Shown: positions 10,428 to 20,623 of the stretch, in pieces
How the letters are laid out: each line of letters opens with the position of its first letter
Numbering within the stretch: position 1 is the stretch's first letter
Source: a virus
Length of the DNA stretch: 64,000 bases
Direction: 5' to 3' (one strand)
Virus record (IMG/VR): IMGVR_UViG_3300025097_002022
Location: 1-64,000 of that record
The notes under the pieces: model-generated
What the model was told of the DNA's origin: nothing
The model's database searches: none
Seen by the model: the letters and a program-made list of their open reading frames with translations, nothing else
Translations under genes and position numbers: made by a program

Positions 10428-13400
10428 ATGTCCACGAAAGATCTCTTCGAAAGAAGTCATCAAATAATTGCATCGTCCAGCCTTTCTGATTTAGATGTTG
10501 AGTCCGCAGGATATATCTCAGAGTATATCAAGGATCAGAATCGAATTGAGCCACATGTCGATTTTGGCAAGCCGGAGAACTTTGCCAAGTATGGCTCTGC
10601 TCAGGAATACTACAATCAATCTCTCAAGTGGATATACAATGAGTATCCCTACGATGGCTCTCTCAAGGAACAACTTGAGTGGAGAAATAAGTCAACACTT
10701 TTAGATACTTACATCTATGACAATCGATATCCGAAATCAACAGGATACGGAATCATCTCCAGCGACAACTGGGGAACGCTCTCCAGCGCACAGGAAGGCG
10801 GCTACGGAGCCCCCGCTTCTGCAGATTATGAATATATCAATCTCAAGGGCGGTCCAAACTCTTTCTACGGCTCTTCAATCGCAAATGCATCCCTCAAGAA
10901 TGTCTTCGATTCAAAATCAAATACTTGGGACGACTCAGTTACAGGCTCAGAAGGCGCAGTCACCGCAACGAGAGAGTCTAATCTTCAAACCAATCTTGCG
11001 CAAGGTGTAACTGTTGAGTTCTGGCTTCAAACCGGCTCTCTTTCCGCAGCACTCACTGAGAAGCAGGTTGTCTTCGATCTCTGGAATGGACAGCTTTCCT
11101 CAAGCGCCGAATATGGACGCCTCACAATTGAGCTAACCGGTTCAACCGCTGGTTCCCCTTTCCTCGTTACTGTAATGTCAGGAACGGACGGATACTCTCA
11201 GCAGTCAATCGGTTCAGGACTTGATCACAGCACGCTCTCAAGCTGGAAGCACTGTGCATTCAGCTTTGCCAATAGCGGAAGCACAATCGTTACGAAGCTT
11301 TACCAGGACGGTGTTTTAAACGACACCATGACGACGGGAACAGATATCGGAGAAATCCGAAATCCAATCGAAGCGAATATCGGCGCACTTACTTCCGCCC
11401 CATCAGGTAATGTCTATACCGGCGCTTCAATCGAAGAAGGTTGGGGTAAGCTTTCCGGCTCCATCGATGAGTTCAGATTTTGGAAAACAAAACGATCCTC
11501 AAAGGAAGTCGGAAGATATTGGTTCACATCGAATCTCGGCGGAGGAACAAATACTGACTTTGCAAATCTCGACTTGGGCGTCTACTATAAGTTTAACGAA
11601 GGCATCACCGGAGTTGATTCAACAGACAGTTCAGTCCTTGATTACTCTGGACGGATCACAAACGGAACTTGGACAGGCTACCCCGGCTCATCTGCTCGAA
11701 ACACAGGATCTGCGATCAACTCGGCATCTGCAGGAACGGAAGATCTCGATCCAATCATTCACTCCAACCATCCCGATATTGGAACTCTAAACACTGAGTT
11801 GACTCTTTCTGGTTCCGTATGGGACTACGAGAACAACTCTTCCCTCTTCTACACGATGCCATCTTGGATTATCGACGAGGACGAAGGAAATGGAGACAAC
11901 GGAGACTTAAAGAAGCTCACTCAGGTTATGGGCAGCTACTTCGACAACCTCGATTTATTAATTGGAGAGTTGTCAAAATTCAATGTAGCATCATATGTCA
12001 GCAGCAGCGCACAGGGAACGCTCTTCAAGCCATACCCATATGCCCAGACTGCTCTCCGCTCACATGGTATGGACGCCCCAGAATTATTCTCCAACATTGA
12101 CATTCTTGAATACTATGCCAATCGCAACGAGACACAGGAATTCGAGCAAGATGTCCACGATGTCAAGAATCTGATTTACTCCAATATTTACAATAACTTA
12201 GCCGATATCTACAAGGCTAAGGGAACTGAGAAGGCGTTTAGAAATCTAATCCGTTGCTTCGGAGTCGGCGACGATCTCATTCGAATCAACGCTTATGCCG
12301 ACAATAGCACTTACAGGTTCGACACAAAAAGACGAGCAGGCTCCCATAAGACAAAAGCCGTCAACTTTAATCACACGGACAGGTTCGCCGGAACCGTCTA
12401 TCAATATGCTGACGCCTCTAATTTAAACAGCGTCTCCTTCATCTCAGGTTCATCCACTGCCGGATTGACTCTGGAGGACAGCTTTCCCATCACAATGGAA
12501 GCAGAATTTGTCTTCCCAGAGAAAATTGACAAGCGAGAAGAAAACGCCGCATCACAAGAGTTTCCATTTCTAACAGCCTCTCTGTTTGGAATCCACACAG
12601 CACAAGCGACAAGTCCAACTGAAACAGATATGACTTGGGCAGCAACGGATCCTGCCAACTTCCAAGTCTTCGCAATAAGGGACAAGATTTATTCAAAAGA
12701 TGTCAAGTTCATGCTTTCATCTTCTGCACCCTTCCCCATCCCAGAGATAACATCAGGCTACTTCATGAACACTTACGAGAGTTCAAAGTGGAACTTCGCT
12801 GTCAGACTCAAGCCACATGGATATCCACACTCCTTCGCAAGCGGAGCCCTCGACAACAACTATGTGGTTGAGTTCTATGGCGTTAATTATATCGCTGACC
12901 GCAAAATAAACGAATTTAGCCTCACTGGCAGCGTCCCTAAGCAGGATGCAGAAAACTTCCTTATCGCACCCAAGCGCATTTATGTGGGAGCCCACTACAC
13001 CAACTTCACGGGCTCTGTGATACACCAAACAGATGTCAAAGCAACCTCTGCAAGATTCTGGATGGACTATCTCGACAACGAGGCAATTCAGAACCACGCA
13101 ATCGATCCTGGAAACTTCGGACACCCCCGTCCAAACCGCAGCGCATTCCTTCTCGAAACAGACTTGGAGAACGTCGAAGTTCCTGAACTTGAATCTCTCG
13201 CTCTTGCCTGGGACTTCGATACAGTCACGACTTCAGACGCATCTGGCAGATTCGATGTCCAAGATATAACCTCTGGCTCAATCGCAGAGACTTCACGATA
13301 CGGCTGGCTTGGAAAAGTCCTTAAATATCAACACACTGGACGAGGAGACTCTTTCCCCGCCAACGCAACAGGTTCTGTCGAGAATCAATATCTCTACGCA

Positions 13401-16400
13401 GCAACCCAGCGGCTTCCCGAGATGGTATTCGGAGACGACAACATTCGCGTCCTCTCTCAAGAAGAGACAGAGGTGTTCACAAGAGAGACTCGTCCCACGA
13501 AGACTTACTATGCTTTCGAGAAGAGCATGTACCAAGTCATCTCCGATGAGATAATCAATTACTTCGGATCAATCGTTGACTTCAATAACTTAATCGGAGA
13601 GCCAAAGAACAGATATCGCCAAGAATACAAAGATATCAAATACTTGCGACAGTTCTTTTTCGAGAGAGTTGGAAACACTCCAGACTTGGACAAGTTCGTT
13701 GACTACTACAAGTGGATCGATGCAACTCTTGAAGCAATGCTCATGCAGCTTGTTCCAGCCTCCGCTCAAACAAGCGACGGTATCGATAATGTCGTCGAGA
13801 GTCATATCCTTGAGCGCAATAAATATCAGAGCAAGTTCCCAACGCTTGAGTTTCACGTCTCGAACCCCGAAGGCGGAATAGAAAACGTCGGCAATCTTCC
13901 ATCTTGGAGATTTGCCCATCGCCCAATTTCAGGACTACAAAGCGACAACTGCGAATACTGGAAGCAGCGAGCCGAAAGAAACGATTCTCCAATCAGCAGC
14001 GGAGACGCAGGAGTTGATTCCGACAGGAACCTGATACTCACAGCATCGCTGCAGGTTCTAAATAGAAGTCACACCACTCCTTATCGCTACGCCGTTGAGA
14101 AGAATCCTGAGATTCACGGAGGGGTAAACTATTCCGAGAGCAAGAAAGGCGACTTCTATCGAGGCGTAAACTTCCCCCACGGTCCGATGAGCAGCATCGG
14201 ACTTCCCTTAAATGTCCTTCAAGCGAACAACGTCGATGTTCAACCGCTGAAAGACTGCGACGATACTCTCGCTCCAAACCAAAAGAGAAAGTACTCATTT
14301 GGAACCCGAAACGGCAGGGCATACAACTCCGGCTCTTTCGACGGCATTAAGGGCGAGATAGCAATGCCCTTTAACATTCTCAGCGCATCTCAGGGCATCG
14401 GCGGCTACAACACAGCAATTCAAGACAATTTCCTTTCCTCCTCTCAGTTGGTTAACTTGCACAATGACGGATACGGACTCCGAAACGAAATCCCAATGCA
14501 AGGACCATTCACCGAGAAGTTCGTTGGTGGAATTCAGTCCAGACACGTTAAGTTGAACAAAGGTTCAGACAACCAATACAATCGCCCCGAGAGTTGGAGA
14601 CTGCTCCTTGGTGGAGGACCGGGAGGTTCTGGCTCCATTGGTTTGACTGGTCCAGATTACGGCGGTCCATATCCTGATCCAACTCGCGAGAGAGCATGGT
14701 TCTTCCGAGAAGAGACTGCCAAACGCCCCATCAACATTCGAAATATCCAACAGACAACCTCTTCAATCGGAAACTACGAGAAGACTTATCAAGTGGTTCA
14801 GACATCTGGACGAAGCACAAACAACTTCTGGTTCAATGACAACGGAGTTACACTTCCTGAGAGATATACAAGTACCCTACCGCAGACAACAAACGTCCAT
14901 ACATTGGTTGGAGTTAGGCCATATACACAATTACCCGCCCGACGACGAGGAAACACCTTCTTGCCGGGAACGAATGTTGGCGGCACCGAGAATGCAGCAG
15001 CACTTCGCAGAGTTGGAAATAGATTTTTTCCATATAAGGCATCGGCTGCTAATGAAACCAAAAGAACAGTCTTCCCACTTCCAGAGAGAACCGTCCAAGA
15101 TGTTGTTATTGTCGAGAGATTCTCTGCACCCGGTGGTCCTGAAATCAACTCCCTTGGCTTCTTAGATATCATGGCGGCAGAAAAGTCGGCATATAATGCC
15201 CTCCCTTGGAGAAACCTTTCCGTAAGAGGATCTGGTTCTGGAGAGGAAATTATCTTTCCAACAGCAGGAGGCACAATCAAAGTCTCCGATCATCTTGGAA
15301 AGCGCCGAGGATTAAGAACTCTTGCCTCACTCCACGCCGGACAATTCGGCTCTGACGCTACATACGGCTCCATTACTGCAGACAGTTACGTCACATCTCC
15401 TTCATTCTACAAGATCAATCGCAACGTAAGGTTTAGGATCGAGGGCACAGAGGGTTCTTATTCAACAGCGTCCGTTTACGACAACTGGCATATTCAGCAT
15501 CCAATCCCTCAGAATGATTCTCAATACTCCTGGATCAACGGTTCGTTCCTATCAGGAAGCACTCCTCTTGGACACATGCCTCCATCAGGACAGACATCTG
15601 GCTCAAATGGCTTCTCCGCAGCGATAATTTTCCTGTCATCTTCCTTGCCCGATTACACCGCATCAGTCGGACTTTCTCCACGCCGTCCGGGCTCTCCCAT
15701 CGACTTTGTTGGATTGAACTCCTCTATATACGATCAGACTGGCTCTGCCTTCAATGTCCTGTCATCTTCTACACTTGCGTCTTATAGAAATCCCAAGTTG
15801 GATTTGTCCCCTGGTGGAACATTTAGAGGTGGTGATTTCTTAACGACTTTCAACGCCTTAATGCTTCATCGAAATGGACCTTATGGATACTCTTCTTGGA
15901 GACAGGTTAGAAATCAATATCACTCTCTTGTCCGTCAGATGCGCGAGAATAACACGATCTCAATTATTGATCCCGATTCCGAAACAAGAACGGGTTATCA
16001 AGGATATACTTGGGGTCCATCTCCAAAAACTCTCAACGATATCTTCGGAGGAAAAGACAGTAAGAAAGGGCAAGACAGAACTGTTCTTCAATATCACGAA
16101 CCAGTTGTACAACAGAAATATAAGGCAATGGAGTTGAATGGAAAGGCGTCTGGACTTCCAGTAGAAGTTAAAGCAACTTATGGAAATCAAAAGACATACT
16201 TTGTCAACTCTAAGTTGAATGAGAAGCTAAACATAAACGAGAATCAAAAAACATCAGCAGACTCTATGATCGATGGCTTTCGAGATGAAGAGAATCGCCT
16301 CGTCAATATCAAGTATTCTGAAAGTGTCTACCCAAGCGATGTAAACGTCTATCGTCCATACATCCGACAAAGAACCTCTTACGTCTCCTCATTTTGGCGA

Positions 16401-19400
16401 GATGATAGAGGGGACAGAAATCAGGTAAATGTCACAGGCGGCATGGGTATTGTTATTCCAAGACGAAGCATGTGGCCCCTTGATGCCAGAACTGGATTCA
16501 CAAGCAGTGCTTCTCCTGGAATTACCGTTGGCGTTCAAGATGATGTTGGATTCGAGGGAACTCTTCAAAATCCGTACACCACTGTTCATAGCTATTATCC
16601 GGGCTGCGGCCCAGCACTTGGACCGTTTGTTCCAGGGGGATCAATCGCAAACATTACGGCATCTGCCATATATGCCAGGAGACACACTCTTGTTACAGGT
16701 TCGAGTGCAAGGGCAACTTCAACTGCATTTGAATTTCTGAATAGTGATCTTGTTCCGTTCTCTGGAGATGCTCCGTGGGACGCAGGAGAGCAGTCTGGCA
16801 AGTATCCGTTCTATGATTCCTATAATGATTATGTCAGCGAGATGAGGACAATCGGAAAGGATTATTCCATATTGCCTGAGTATCGTATGAGTGACAGAAT
16901 CGACTATGTCGTAAAAGAAGGCGGAGATATCTTTGATGATATTTCCATGTTCTGCTTAACTGGTGCCCTTGCGAATACAACGTCAAGCAATCAAGATAGC
17001 TTCTATAAGGTTTATAGTCATTCTGACTTTATGAAATACTTCAATGTGATTAAGAATGATGTAACAGTGTCTTCAAGTCTATCTGGAAATCCAACTGAAT
17101 TGACTATCCGCTGCAAAGCTCTTTTGAAACTGTTGCCATATGATGGATTCTACCCGGCAAGCAGAACTCTGCAAATGGCATCTTTATTCTCTCAATCGTA
17201 TGGAAGCAATGTAGATTATGTAGCAGGTGCAAGTAATCCAGCAGGAGCTTTCCGTCCATTTTTAACCCCATTGTTCGCGCCAGGAATTGTATTTAATACG
17301 ATTAAGTCTGGAATTGCTGTGGATTTCCCCGTGCTAACTGACAAACTGTTCATTTCTGCCTCGGCAGACGCACAAAACTATTATATCAGTAACGAAATTT
17401 TTGATTACCGCGTTCCGTTCGAAGCGACGGTAGAACCTCAAAATTACTTAAAAAACCTCGCACTTATTGATATGGAGCCCCACCCATCGTGTTCTATAAA
17501 TGCAACTGCATCGTGGAACGGAGACGGAGATTCGAGATATAGGCTTGCAATGCACAACTTCTTGGCGGAAACCCCAGAATTCTTCTTGGAGAATCAATCA
17601 TTTTCATCATTCATATCATCCCCCGAGGATAAGTTTAAGGAAGTAGAGGCAGGAAAGAAATATCATATGAGAGTAAGGGTGAGAAAATCTTTCCATGCGG
17701 AAGGCATATCGACTATCCAGCGACAAGCTTTCCCTCAAATCACGTCGGGTTCTGAGACAATTTGCATGTATAGCAGACCTTCTGCCTTTGGACCACCCGT
17801 CCTTGGCGCGATAACAGGCGTTCCGATATTTGATTTAGTATCAGGATCTTATTTTGGAGGAAGTAATCTTGGAAACAATGGACCATTCACTCCTCCATAT
17901 TACAACGGATCCGGAGAAGTCATATTCGAATTCAATCCAACTGAAAGCAAGAGATATACTCTACAAGAAATTCAGTCACAAATCACTTCATCTTACAGGA
18001 GATTCTTCGGCTGGAACATTATGACTTCCGGCTCAGGTCCTATGGGCAGCAACGGACACATTCGCCCGGAAACCAATTCTACTCAGATTTCAGCGTCTGT
18101 CAACTTGTTTGGAAAAGTATCATCGAAAGATTTATTCCAGTTTCAGAATGTTGAACTAACAGATAGAGATCAATGGGTAATTCAGACTAAATTCGAAACC
18201 CCAATATTGAACTTCATTGACGCATCTTCCAGCGCAACACCGATTGTTGATTCTGGTTTCTGTTCCGGCGGCGCAGAGACTCGCCCATACGGAATGTGGC
18301 ATCAATACGGACGCCTTCCGACAGTCAATGAGGGCATTTATTTGGAGATAGACGATATCCCATCTATTGTCGCTACTGATTACGGTGGTTCAGATGGCTC
18401 AATAGCGGATATCGTAGGATTTAACAAGACTTCTCAAAAATTGGGTAACGTTGCCCCATCCAAGACAATTAGAGAAGCCGTCGTTGTTGTTCCTTTCGTG
18501 GAGCGCGACGGACAGAGAGTGTTCTTCTCGATAGATAAGAGAAAGATCGACACAGCTATTAATGGATTTGAATCTGGACCATCTGCTAACTTATCCGAAG
18601 CCCCAATTCTCGCCGGAGACTCCATAAGACAGATGGTTGACTCAATGCAGCGATATGTTTTCCCACCAAGTATGGATTTCATCACATATCGCGACAATGT
18701 TGATCCATTTTCAATGTATGTGTTTGAATTCGAACACAAGCTAAATCAACAAGATTTGGTTGATATCTGGCAAAACTTGCCTCCCCGAATTGGAAGAGCA
18801 TTCGACAAGGATGCTAAATTATCTACAAGCGAAATTATGCAAACTAAGGAAATAACACATAGACTGAATGATGAACAGTTGCTATCAGACATTGATTCAA
18901 AACTCCAGTGGATGGTTTTCAAGGTTAAGCAGAAAGCTGAAAGAAATTATTGGAGAAAAACTGTCTTAAATAATATAAATACATCAATCCCGACAGAGCT
19001 AAGCAGCCAAGGCGGCTTGGCGAACACTCTTAATAAGAGCAGCGCATCTGACTTCCTGGCAGGCGGCTCCGCTAAGGGAACTATTTCAAAGGATGAGGAA
19101 TTGTCAGTATCATATAACTGGCCATATGACTTCTTTTCACTTGTCGAATTGGCAAAAGTAGACGAAGAAGTCATTTTCGGATCACCAGTATCCGTCACAG
19201 TTGATAGAGACATTCCAGTTGGAACCAATCTTACTCAAGATGGCGTTACTGACTTCGTCGTATCCCCACCAGTCGCGGATACTATTGATAAGAATATCCC
19301 AGTTGGAACCAATTTGGACACATCGGGCATTCAGAATTCACCCACTGCACCCCAATCTGTGAATAAAAATGTGTCCACAACAACACTTTCTCAAGATGGA

Positions 19401-19514
19401 GTCTCTAAGGTTACAACAACATCTGTTAATCAAAGCGATGGCTTTGGGAGCAATCTACAACAAGATGGAATCACAACTAATACCTCTTCAAAGAAGTCTG
19501 GTATTAAAAAATGA
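10428..19514 (+). CDS. Giant baseplate protein (3028 aa) with a LamG/concanavalin-like domain and gp7-like segment
   Basis: LamG motifs TVEFW, WKHCAF, LYQDG, GSIDEFRFW; gp7/P2 gpI-like segment IYKAKGTEKAFRNLIRCFG. Confidence 0.7.
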   Translation: MSTKDLFERSHQIIASSSLSDLDVESAGYISEYIKDQNRIEPHVDFGKPENFAKYGSAQEYYNQSLKWIYNEYPYDGSLKEQLEWRNKSTLLDTYIYDNRYPKSTGYGIISSDNWGTLSSAQEGGYGAPASADYEYINLKGGPNSFYGSSIANASLKNVFDSKSNTWDDSVTGSEGAVTATRESNLQTNLAQGVTVEFWLQTGSLSAALTEKQVVFDLWNGQLSSSAEYGRLTIELTGSTAGSPFLVTVMSGTDGYSQQSIGSGLDHSTLSSWKHCAFSFANSGSTIVTKLYQDGVLNDTMTTGTDIGEIRNPIEANIGALTSAPSGNVYTGASIEEGWGKLSGSIDEFRFWKTKRSSKEVGRYWFTSNLGGGTNTDFANLDLGVYYKFNEGITGVDSTDSSVLDYSGRITNGTWTGYPGSSARNTGSAINSASAGTEDLDPIIHSNHPDIGTLNTELTLSGSVWDYENNSSLFYTMPSWIIDEDEGNGDNGDLKKLTQVMGSYFDNLDLLIGELSKFNVASYVSSSAQGTLFKPYPYAQTALRSHGMDAPELFSNIDILEYYANRNETQEFEQDVHDVKNLIYSNIYNNLADIYKAKGTEKAFRNLIRCFGVGDDLIRINAYADNSTYRFDTKRRAGSHKTKAVNFNHTDRFAGTVYQYADASNLNSVSFISGSSTAGLTLEDSFPITMEAEFVFPEKIDKREENAASQEFPFLTASLFGIHTAQATSPTETDMTWAATDPANFQVFAIRDKIYSKDVKFMLSSSAPFPIPEITSGYFMNTYESSKWNFAVRLKPHGYPHSFASGALDNNYVVEFYGVNYIADRKINEFSLTGSVPKQDAENFLIAPKRIYVGAHYTNFTGSVIHQTDVKATSARFWMDYLDNEAIQNHAIDPGNFGHPRPNRSAFLLETDLENVEVPELESLALAWDFDTVTTSDASGRFDVQDITSGSIAETSRYGWLGKVLKYQHTGRGDSFPANATGSVENQYLYAATQRLPEMVFGDDNIRVLSQEETEVFTRETRPTKTYYAFEKSMYQVISDEIINYFGSIVDFNNLIGEPKNRYRQEYKDIKYLRQFFFERVGNTPDLDKFVDYYKWIDATLEAMLMQLVPASAQTSDGIDNVVESHILERNKYQSKFPTLEFHVSNPEGGIENVGNLPSWRFAHRPISGLQSDNCEYWKQRAERNDSPISSGDAGVDSDRNLILTASLQVLNRSHTTPYRYAVEKNPEIHGGVNYSESKKGDFYRGVNFPHGPMSSIGLPLNVLQANNVDVQPLKDCDDTLAPNQKRKYSFGTRNGRAYNSGSFDGIKGEIAMPFNILSASQGIGGYNTAIQDNFLSSSQLVNLHNDGYGLRNEIPMQGPFTEKFVGGIQSRHVKLNKGSDNQYNRPESWRLLLGGGPGGSGSIGLTGPDYGGPYPDPTRERAWFFREETAKRPINIRNIQQTTSSIGNYEKTYQVVQTSGRSTNNFWFNDNGVTLPERYTSTLPQTTNVHTLVGVRPYTQLPARRRGNTFLPGTNVGGTENAAALRRVGNRFFPYKASAANETKRTVFPLPERTVQDVVIVERFSAPGGPEINSLGFLDIMAAEKSAYNALPWRNLSVRGSGSGEEIIFPTAGGTIKVSDHLGKRRGLRTLASLHAGQFGSDATYGSITADSYVTSPSFYKINRNVRFRIEGTEGSYSTASVYDNWHIQHPIPQNDSQYSWINGSFLSGSTPLGHMPPSGQTSGSNGFSAAIIFLSSSLPDYTASVGLSPRRPGSPIDFVGLNSSIYDQTGSAFNVLSSSTLASYRNPKLDLSPGGTFRGGDFLTTFNALMLHRNGPYGYSSWRQVRNQYHSLVRQMRENNTISIIDPDSETRTGYQGYTWGPSPKTLNDIFGGKDSKKGQDRTVLQYHEPVVQQKYKAMELNGKASGLPVEVKATYGNQKTYFVNSKLNEKLNINENQKTSADSMIDGFRDEENRLVNIKYSESVYPSDVNVYRPYIRQRTSYVSSFWRDDRGDRNQVNVTGGMGIVIPRRSMWPLDARTGFTSSASPGITVGVQDDVGFEGTLQNPYTTVHSYYPGCGPALGPFVPGGSIANITASAIYARRHTLVTGSSARATSTAFEFLNSDLVPFSGDAPWDAGEQSGKYPFYDSYNDYVSEMRTIGKDYSILPEYRMSDRIDYVVKEGGDIFDDISMFCLTGALANTTSSNQDSFYKVYSHSDFMKYFNVIKNDVTVSSSLSGNPTELTIRCKALLKLLPYDGFYPASRTLQMASLFSQSYGSNVDYVAGASNPAGAFRPFLTPLFAPGIVFNTIKSGIAVDFPVLTDKLFISASADAQNYYISNEIFDYRVPFEATVEPQNYLKNLALIDMEPHPSCSINATASWNGDGDSRYRLAMHNFLAETPEFFLENQSFSSFISSPEDKFKEVEAGKKYHMRVRVRKSFHAEGISTIQRQAFPQITSGSETICMYSRPSAFGPPVLGAITGVPIFDLVSGSYFGGSNLGNNGPFTPPYYNGSGEVIFEFNPTESKRYTLQEIQSQITSSYRRFFGWNIMTSGSGPMGSNGHIRPETNSTQISASVNLFGKVSSKDLFQFQNVELTDRDQWVIQTKFETPILNFIDASSSATPIVDSGFCSGGAETRPYGMWHQYGRLPTVNEGIYLEIDDIPSIVATDYGGSDGSIADIVGFNKTSQKLGNVAPSKTIREAVVVVPFVERDGQRVFFSIDKRKIDTAINGFESGPSANLSEAPILAGDSIRQMVDSMQRYVFPPSMDFITYRDNVDPFSMYVFEFEHKLNQQDLVDIWQNLPPRIGRAFDKDAKLSTSEIMQTKEITHRLNDEQLLSDIDSKLQWMVFKVKQKAERNYWRKTVLNNINTSIPTELSSQGGLANTLNKSSASDFLAGGSAKGTISKDEELSVSYNWPYDFFSLVELAKVDEEVIFGSPVSVTVDRDIPVGTNLTQDGVTDFVVSPPVADTIDKNIPVGTNLDTSGIQNSPTAPQSVNKNVSTTTLSQDGVSKVTTTSVNQSDGFGSNLQQDGITTNTSSKKSGIKK

Positions 19515-19533
19515 TTAATAAATGAGATAGGTT

Positions 19534-19541
19534 ATTATTTA
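19534..19541 (+). promoter_or_regulatory. Putative late promoter variant ATTATTTA
   Basis: Intergenic, followed by CTATAG as at 58607. Confidence 0.55.
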
Positions 19542-19549
19542 CTATAGAT

Positions 19550-20623
19550 ATGGAATTTTTTAATAAAAAAGAAGAAGTCTTAGACTTACAGCTTACTCAA
19601 TACGGCAAATACCTTTTGTCTCTTGGGAAACTGAAGCCTGTTTACTATGCATTTTACGACGACGGTATTGTCTATGACTCGAAATACGCAGGATTTACAG
19701 AGAATCAGAATAATGCATCTTCTCGAATTCAAGAAGACTCCCCAAACCTGAAGACATTTCATAACTTCCACAGCATCGAAGACGATATCTCAAAAGCGGT
19801 AAAAGAAAAGAACTCCGGCAACGAAGATCTCGCTCAATTAATGCTTCAACAAACTCCTGAAAAGTCACAAATCCTAATCAATCCACTTTCAAATTCCGAT
19901 TTGGCAACTGATAAGATTCCATCATGGAACATTTCATTATTGAGCGGAGAGATATTAACTGGAAGCACAACTTCAACTCTCACTCTTAGTGGTTCTGGAA
20001 CAGTTCTCGATATTCCTCAAATCGAAGTCGAAGTAAAATATACTGTCAACGTTGAGATGGGTGAACCTTTCTCTCAGCAAGAAATAGACGAGATTGCAAG
20101 AGGCGATGTCGATGGAGTCCCACAAGGTGTTTTGGAAAATACTCTACTCCCAGAAGAAGTCGTTAATTCTCCATCTAGTGAACGAATTTTTGATGACGGA
20201 TCTTTTTTCACAATCAGTATGGATGATTTAATATTTCAAATTATTGAAGAAAATGTTTCACAAGGCAATGACAATTTTGAAGTAGAGTTGTTCGAGATAG
20301 AAGAAACCTCAAATACAACCGAGATAAAGCAACTACGCCTCTTGGTAGACTCAGATAATATTGTGAACGACATCCTATTAGATGAAGAAGAGAGAAACAA
20401 TCTACCAGTGTCCGAAATAGATAGCAGCTTCGCTGATTATTATTTTGAAATTGAGGCAGATGATGAAATAGATGCTGCCACAATCTGTAGACTAATTAAA
20501 AATGGAGATAAGGATGATTACAAGTTCGCCAGAAAGGACTTTGAATGTCCTGACAACGAGCCAAACTATCAGTTCCTTAATCCATATTCACAAAAGAGCG
20601 ATTCAGATGCTTGCAAGGATTAA
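19550..20623 (+). CDS. Baseplate-region structural protein; N-terminus paralogous to 26123..27034
   Basis: MEFF..E.VLDLQLTQYGK.LL..G......AFYDD.I.Y aligns by eye with MAFL...IILDAVLTDTGR..LA.G......AFGDDEVNY. Confidence 0.6.
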   Translation: MEFFNKKEEVLDLQLTQYGKYLLSLGKLKPVYYAFYDDGIVYDSKYAGFTENQNNASSRIQEDSPNLKTFHNFHSIEDDISKAVKEKNSGNEDLAQLMLQQTPEKSQILINPLSNSDLATDKIPSWNISLLSGEILTGSTTSTLTLSGSGTVLDIPQIEVEVKYTVNVEMGEPFSQQEIDEIARGDVDGVPQGVLENTLLPEEVVNSPSSERIFDDGSFFTISMDDLIFQIIEENVSQGNDNFEVELFEIEETSNTTEIKQLRLLVDSDNIVNDILLDEEERNNLPVSEIDSSFADYYFEIEADDEIDAATICRLIKNGDKDDYKFARKDFECPDNEPNYQFLNPYSQKSDSDACKD